Source of the DNA: the human T2T-CHM13v2.0 reference genome, Homo sapiens
Assembly (NCBI GenBank): GCA_009914755.4
Contig: CP068257.2
Span: forward strand, 17,696,001-17,760,000
Reading direction: 5' to 3'
Length of the DNA stretch: 64,000 nucleotides
A program made the translations under genes and the position numbers. Positions 58,727 through 64,000 of the stretch are shown piece after piece (the stretch's first letter is position 1; each line of letters starts with the position of its first letter). Under the pieces are notes generated by a model, which saw only the letters and a program-made list of their open reading frames with translations, had not been told where the DNA came from and did not search any database.

Positions 58727-59084
<358 letters not shown>

Positions 59085-60377
59085 CTATTTCACAACAAGA
59101 TAGATACAATGTGTTTGGAGTTATTAAGGGACTGTTACTCTAGAAGTGATATAAGAAATTTAAAAAAAATTTATTTTGGGAATTCTTATTAAAGTCTTCT
59201 GAAAGATGCATAGATTATATAACTTTGGCATGGGGTATCTTTCTTTAGAGCTTGGGAGGAAGTCAAAAGAGGAGTCATTAAGGAAAAAATTTATTATTTG
59301 ATATTAATAACATGATTTTGTTCAATATTTATTTTTAGGTCTAAAAATGTCATGAAGCCAAATATGTATCATTTTTTCTGATTTTAAAAACATATTTTTC
59401 AGGATTTTTTTAATAACATTCTTTCTGGTTACTTTCAGTTGTTTAAAAAATGGAGGAGTAGAGAATGAATTCATAGAAATGTGGACACAGACACACTGGG
59501 TCATACTTAAGAGGCATTTCAATCAGAAAACATTAGTCTGCATGTAGTAGAAAATGCAAGTTCAAGTGGTTTAAACAATGACAACATTCATTGTCACATA
59601 TAACAAGAAGCTCTAGAATATTTATATTATTCAGTCTACTAATTAGGCATTTTGTCAACATCATGCTATCATCAGAAGAGCTTTTCATCTTTCTAGTGTC
59701 TTATGCTTAGTGCATTGGTTTGATCTTCAGGCTATTTTCCTTAATGTTTGCAACATGCCACATCAAGACATAATTTCTGGGATAAGAAAAAGATTATATG
59801 TTCCTGTGTTTTTTAAGTGGTGGGAGACATTTTAAGAAGACATACCACCCCCAGCGGACCTCCATCACATATCACATGTCAGAAAATGATAACAAGTCCA
59901 TCTCATAAGCATGTACCTTCAAGGGAACAAGACCACCATATAACTGACTTAAAAAATTAGGATTTCCTATGAATCACATGCATGTGATGTATATACCGGA
60001 ACAAGTTCAGGCTTTGCCAGTAAGAAAGAAAGAAAATGGCTGTCATCCTGCCAGTATGAAAGAAAGAGAGAATGGCTATAATATCAAAAATATACGATGA
60101 CAATTCATCTCTAACTGATGAGCAAATTGCATATTTTTTCCATTCTATTTCTGCAAATAGTTTCTTGCTGAGCCAAAACTCTTGAAATAAAATGTAAGTA
60201 TTATGAAACAGAAAAACGCTTAAACTACTTACTGCTATAATCAAAGCAATTTGCCTTGGGAAATGAAAACTAAAAACGAACACAATGTAATATGCTCATG
60301 ATTTTGCCTTTTTAAGAAATGTCAGCTACAGGGAAATTCCATGAGTCAGTAAGTATCTGCATAGATGAAAATGTACA

Positions 60378-60430
60378 CAAACCACACATGTGCACATATG
60401 TACACATATATACACACATACAAAGGTTTG
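60378..60430. repeat. CA-rich low-complexity / degenerate (CA)n(CATA)n tract
   Basis: caaaccacacatgtgcacatatgtacacatatatacacacatacaaagg. Confidence 0.6.
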
Positions 60431-60994
60431 TGAACATTTAATTACCAAACAATTAGCCAACTGTTTGGCTTACCTGTTTATATTCAGCACTGGGGCCATC
60501 AGGACAAAAAAAGTGCTTCCAGTTAAATGCATGTTAGGTGTACCACAGCTAGTGCTTACCTGTGCAATTTATACTTTCTTACTTATAGAATCTGGATAAA
60601 AACTGGCAAAACTGGATAAAAGATTTCTTGTTCATTAAGGATTCTGATATGGTGAATCTGTAAAGGAAATTATAAGTTTACTTGGCCCTTATTTCATGTG
60701 TGTTTCAGTGTGGCCTAAGTGATGGATTTTGAGCACTGTGCATGTATGTTTGTTGTTCATTTTTCTTTTAGGTTTGTAATGCTCATTAGCAAATGTAATT
60801 ATGTCACTTCCAATGACAAATTACAGCACAATTTTGTTTAAGTTGAATTCCTCACTTTGATTACTGCAAGTTGACCTATTGCTGCCTTTCCCACCACATG
60901 CAAATACCCTTTCATTATAATGTTAGAATTAAAACAATTTCACAATTTTATTTTGTACTAGTATATGAAAAGCTTAATTAAATTAATTGTTATT

Positions 60995-61019
60995 TTGTGT
61001 GTGTATGTGTATGTGTGTT
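60995..61019. repeat. (TG)n dinucleotide microsatellite, imperfect
   Basis: gtgtgtgtatgtgtatgtgtgtttt. Confidence 0.8.
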
Positions 61020-63179
61020 TTCAAGTTCTTGACTGTGAATTTATCACAGATCACCAAAGTGTTTTCACCTTTTTAAAAATTTTCAGTATGTTACTATGAT
61101 AATGATATTCACAACGGTAACCAAATGGTATGGAAAGTTTTAAAGTATTAAAAAGTAATTATATATAATTAAATTCTATTTACTAGAGTAGTTAAGTATT
61201 AAACATTTTTCAATCAAATTATTTTTTAAAATGTGAATACCAGGTACCCAGTATAGATCCAGTTAGTGGAGCATGAAGCTTATATACTTTGGGGATGACT
61301 TATTTAAGAAATAAAGATATAAAATTGTAAAATTAAACTTTTAGTAAATATAATACTTATTTAAAATAAGAAATGAATACCACATCAAATGATTACAATG
61401 ATTCCAGCAGAAATGCTAGCATAGAAATGCCTTCTGACTGCAACCTACTTCCCTTCTCACGTAGAATACTGTGTAGCTCCTACAGGACTGACCAAGTAAG
61501 AAACACTGAAACTAACTTCATTTGTTTGTGTATCCTCCTCTGAAAGTAAGCCGAAAATAATCGGTATCTTTGATTTAAAAACAAATACTACCCTCTCTCC
61601 ATTAAGGATAAATCGGAATTTGCTATATATTCAAGTGGAAATGTATTTCAACATAAAATCTAAGGCAATATATAAAAAGTATCTGGCTTCAAATTAATTA
61701 ATTTGTTACTGATACATTTCTCTCAACCTAGCTTTTTTGTTTGCACTTAATGAATTCTACAGTTCTTTCGATTTTTACATTGCTAGAATTACCATTTAAA
61801 ATATAATTAAACACATATTTATTCTCTAATTCTTGTCTCAGTGTATTATCGGCTATTCCAATTGAATATTCAATAAATATTAAAGAATAATATATTATTC
61901 AATAGTAGCTTCAGATTTTATTCCACAAGGGCTATTATCATAAAAATAATACAAAGGCTGAAAATAAATAAATAGGCTGAAAAGGGCTGTTATCTCTAAG
62001 GCCAAGGACTGGAATACTCATGTGAAATAAAATTTCTCCATAAAGGTTAAATGAGAAACTTTTTTATTTTCTCTTATTTTTGAAGAAATTTTAGATAATA
62101 TAGGTACAATTTAATTTTGAATGTAATTAGAATATGTAAAAATTCTTGAACCCATGCTATAAATATTCTTAAAGTCTGCTAAGATAGATATATATTAAAT
62201 GTGGATATTTATGACAAAATACTTATGACAATTCTTGAAAGGCAGGACTCTGTAAGACCTTGTGCAATTACATTTTGAGAAATGTTTATTTTTAATAAAC
62301 TCAATAAACTGCAGTGCTATATTATTACTGCAACCATGTCAGATTTAGTGTGCCAATAATCAAGAAGCAGTCAAACAAACCTATGCAAACCTTTAGTGTT
62401 TAGTTTTTAAAGAATTTTAAGCATTCTAATCATCGTAGTGGAACAACTACAACTTGGTTAAGATTTCTTCCACCTACAGTATTTTGTTTAAGTTTTGAAA
62501 TAAAAATGAAGGGCCACAATTATATTTTAAATATTTAGAGGCTGAGAACTCGGCTCCTATTCCCACACCTTATTGGATTTTACTATTCTGTAAAATGTAA
62601 TAGAAATATAAAGACATGGTTCATTATATACTCAAGACTGTAGTTGTACACGTCACATAAAAATACTTAACTATTAATAACCACATTTGATTTACGAAAA
62701 TAAATTTTAAAGTTTTTTATTTGATTATAAAGGCAATAATTCTGGAAATATTTGTAAGAATATATCAAAGAAGAAAAACTGGTCAGTTTTTAAATTCTCA
62801 CCGTGTACTAAATTTGAGATTGCCCATATACATCTAGACTGTATTTTCATAGTGATGTAATGAATAGCAGATATTATATGAGTACATATTACAGGCAGAA
62901 AAAGTTAAGGAGATCCCATTCTTCTGTGGAGTACAAATAATGTTCTCATGCAATAATTTTGCCCCAAAATGAACTACTCTGGTGCCATATTTACATTTAA
63001 TTAATGTGTTTTATGTCTAACTTCTCAACTTCTTGCTGAACAATAAAATAATGTAAATAAAATGATTTTATATATGTGCTATAATTATGAAAAAATAGCT
63101 ATTGCATTTTCCATGTGTATGAAAATCTTGGAGGTTCTAGATATAAAGAACAGAAACAAATAATATTTTGTTGTGTTTT

Positions 63180-63600
63180 TGTAAGTTTCTGTTTTCATTT
63201 GCTAGGGCTGCCATAAAAAGTACCACAAAGAGAGTGGCTTCGAGAACTGAAATGTAATGTCTTACAGCTCTGGAGGCTAGAAGTCTGAAATCAAGGCATT
63301 AGCAAGGTTGGTTGTTTCTGAGGGCTATAAAGGAAGGTCTGTTCCAGGCCCGTTGGCTTGTATATGGTTGTGTTCCTGGTCTCTGTTCACATAGTTTTTC
63401 CTCTATGATGCATGTCTATATCTAAATCACCACTATTTATAAGGACACTAGTCATATTGGTTTAGGGTCCAAACTAATGACCTTATTTTCACTTGATTCC
63501 CTTTATAAATATCCTGTCTCCAATAGGTTACATTCTGGAGACTAGGACTCCAATATACCTTTTTTTGAGAGGACACAATTCAACCCATTAATGGTTCCCC
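63180..63600 (-). mobile_element. Solitary LTR of ERVL-MaLR type (MLT1-like), inverted
   Basis: tttgctagggctgccataaaaagtaccacaaagagagtggcttcgagaactgaaatgtaatgtcttacagctctggaggctagaagtctgaaatcaaggcattagcaaggttggttgtttctgagggc ... cactatttataaggacactagtcatattggtttagggtccaaactaatgaccttattttcacttgattccctttataaa ... gagactaggactccaatatacctttttttgagaggacacaattcaacccatt. This is the reverse complement of the MaLR LTR theme. Confidence 0.6.
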
Positions 63601-64000
63601 TTGCCTGAATACAATACAAAATAGCTAAATATTTATACTATGAAATATGTGTATGTGTAGTGAAACATACAATTTCTCGTAACAGTTATTTTAGATATTT
63701 TAACATATCGGTGAGTGCACATAAATGCATATGTACACACATACACGCACACATACATGTCATTAACTTATACACCTGACCATGTGTTAGTTGAATTAAT
63801 CAAAGGCATGTCAAGAACACATAGTTTATGAAAAGAATAAGCTAAATCATCCAGTGAAATGAGTGCTATGCAGAAGTTCAAAGTATCACAGAAATGAACA
63901 CTACATTAGAATAAGACAGGCAAATAGATTTCAGTGGAAATCTTCCAGTTTTAGGAATTATATTATATTAAAAAATAATCCCGAAAAATCTAAAATCTAT

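Overview
This window reads as primate (human-type) genomic DNA: AT-rich, repeat-dense, intergenic or deep-intronic. I found no bacterial or phage features (no operons, ribosome-binding sites, CRISPR array, tRNA or rRNA genes) and no convincing host protein-coding exon. Family assignments are from memory, without RepeatMasker, Dfam or BLAT, so subfamily names are approximate.

- **Alu SINEs:** I count at least 16 copies. Many have recognisable poly-A tails and target-site duplications (TSDs).
- **AluYb-like element:** one very young-looking copy at 39878-40205 has a ~40-nt pure A tail and a perfect 15-bp TSD.
- **L1 fragments:** many copies of different ages. One is a hominoid L1PA-type insertion with a classic twin-priming inversion at 40372-41820.
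- **LTRs:** at least four solitary LTRs of the MaLR (mammalian apparent LTR retrotransposon) type.
- **Simple repeats:** several tetranucleotide and dinucleotide microsatellites.
- **Compound tandem repeat:** a ~1.3-kb TA-rich array of (TATATGTC)n type at 9172-10483.

Every long ORF in the six-frame track is explained by translation through the TA-rich array, an L1 ORF2 remnant, or an Alu or LTR. The most interesting objects are therefore structural and polymorphism-prone elements rather than a new gene system.
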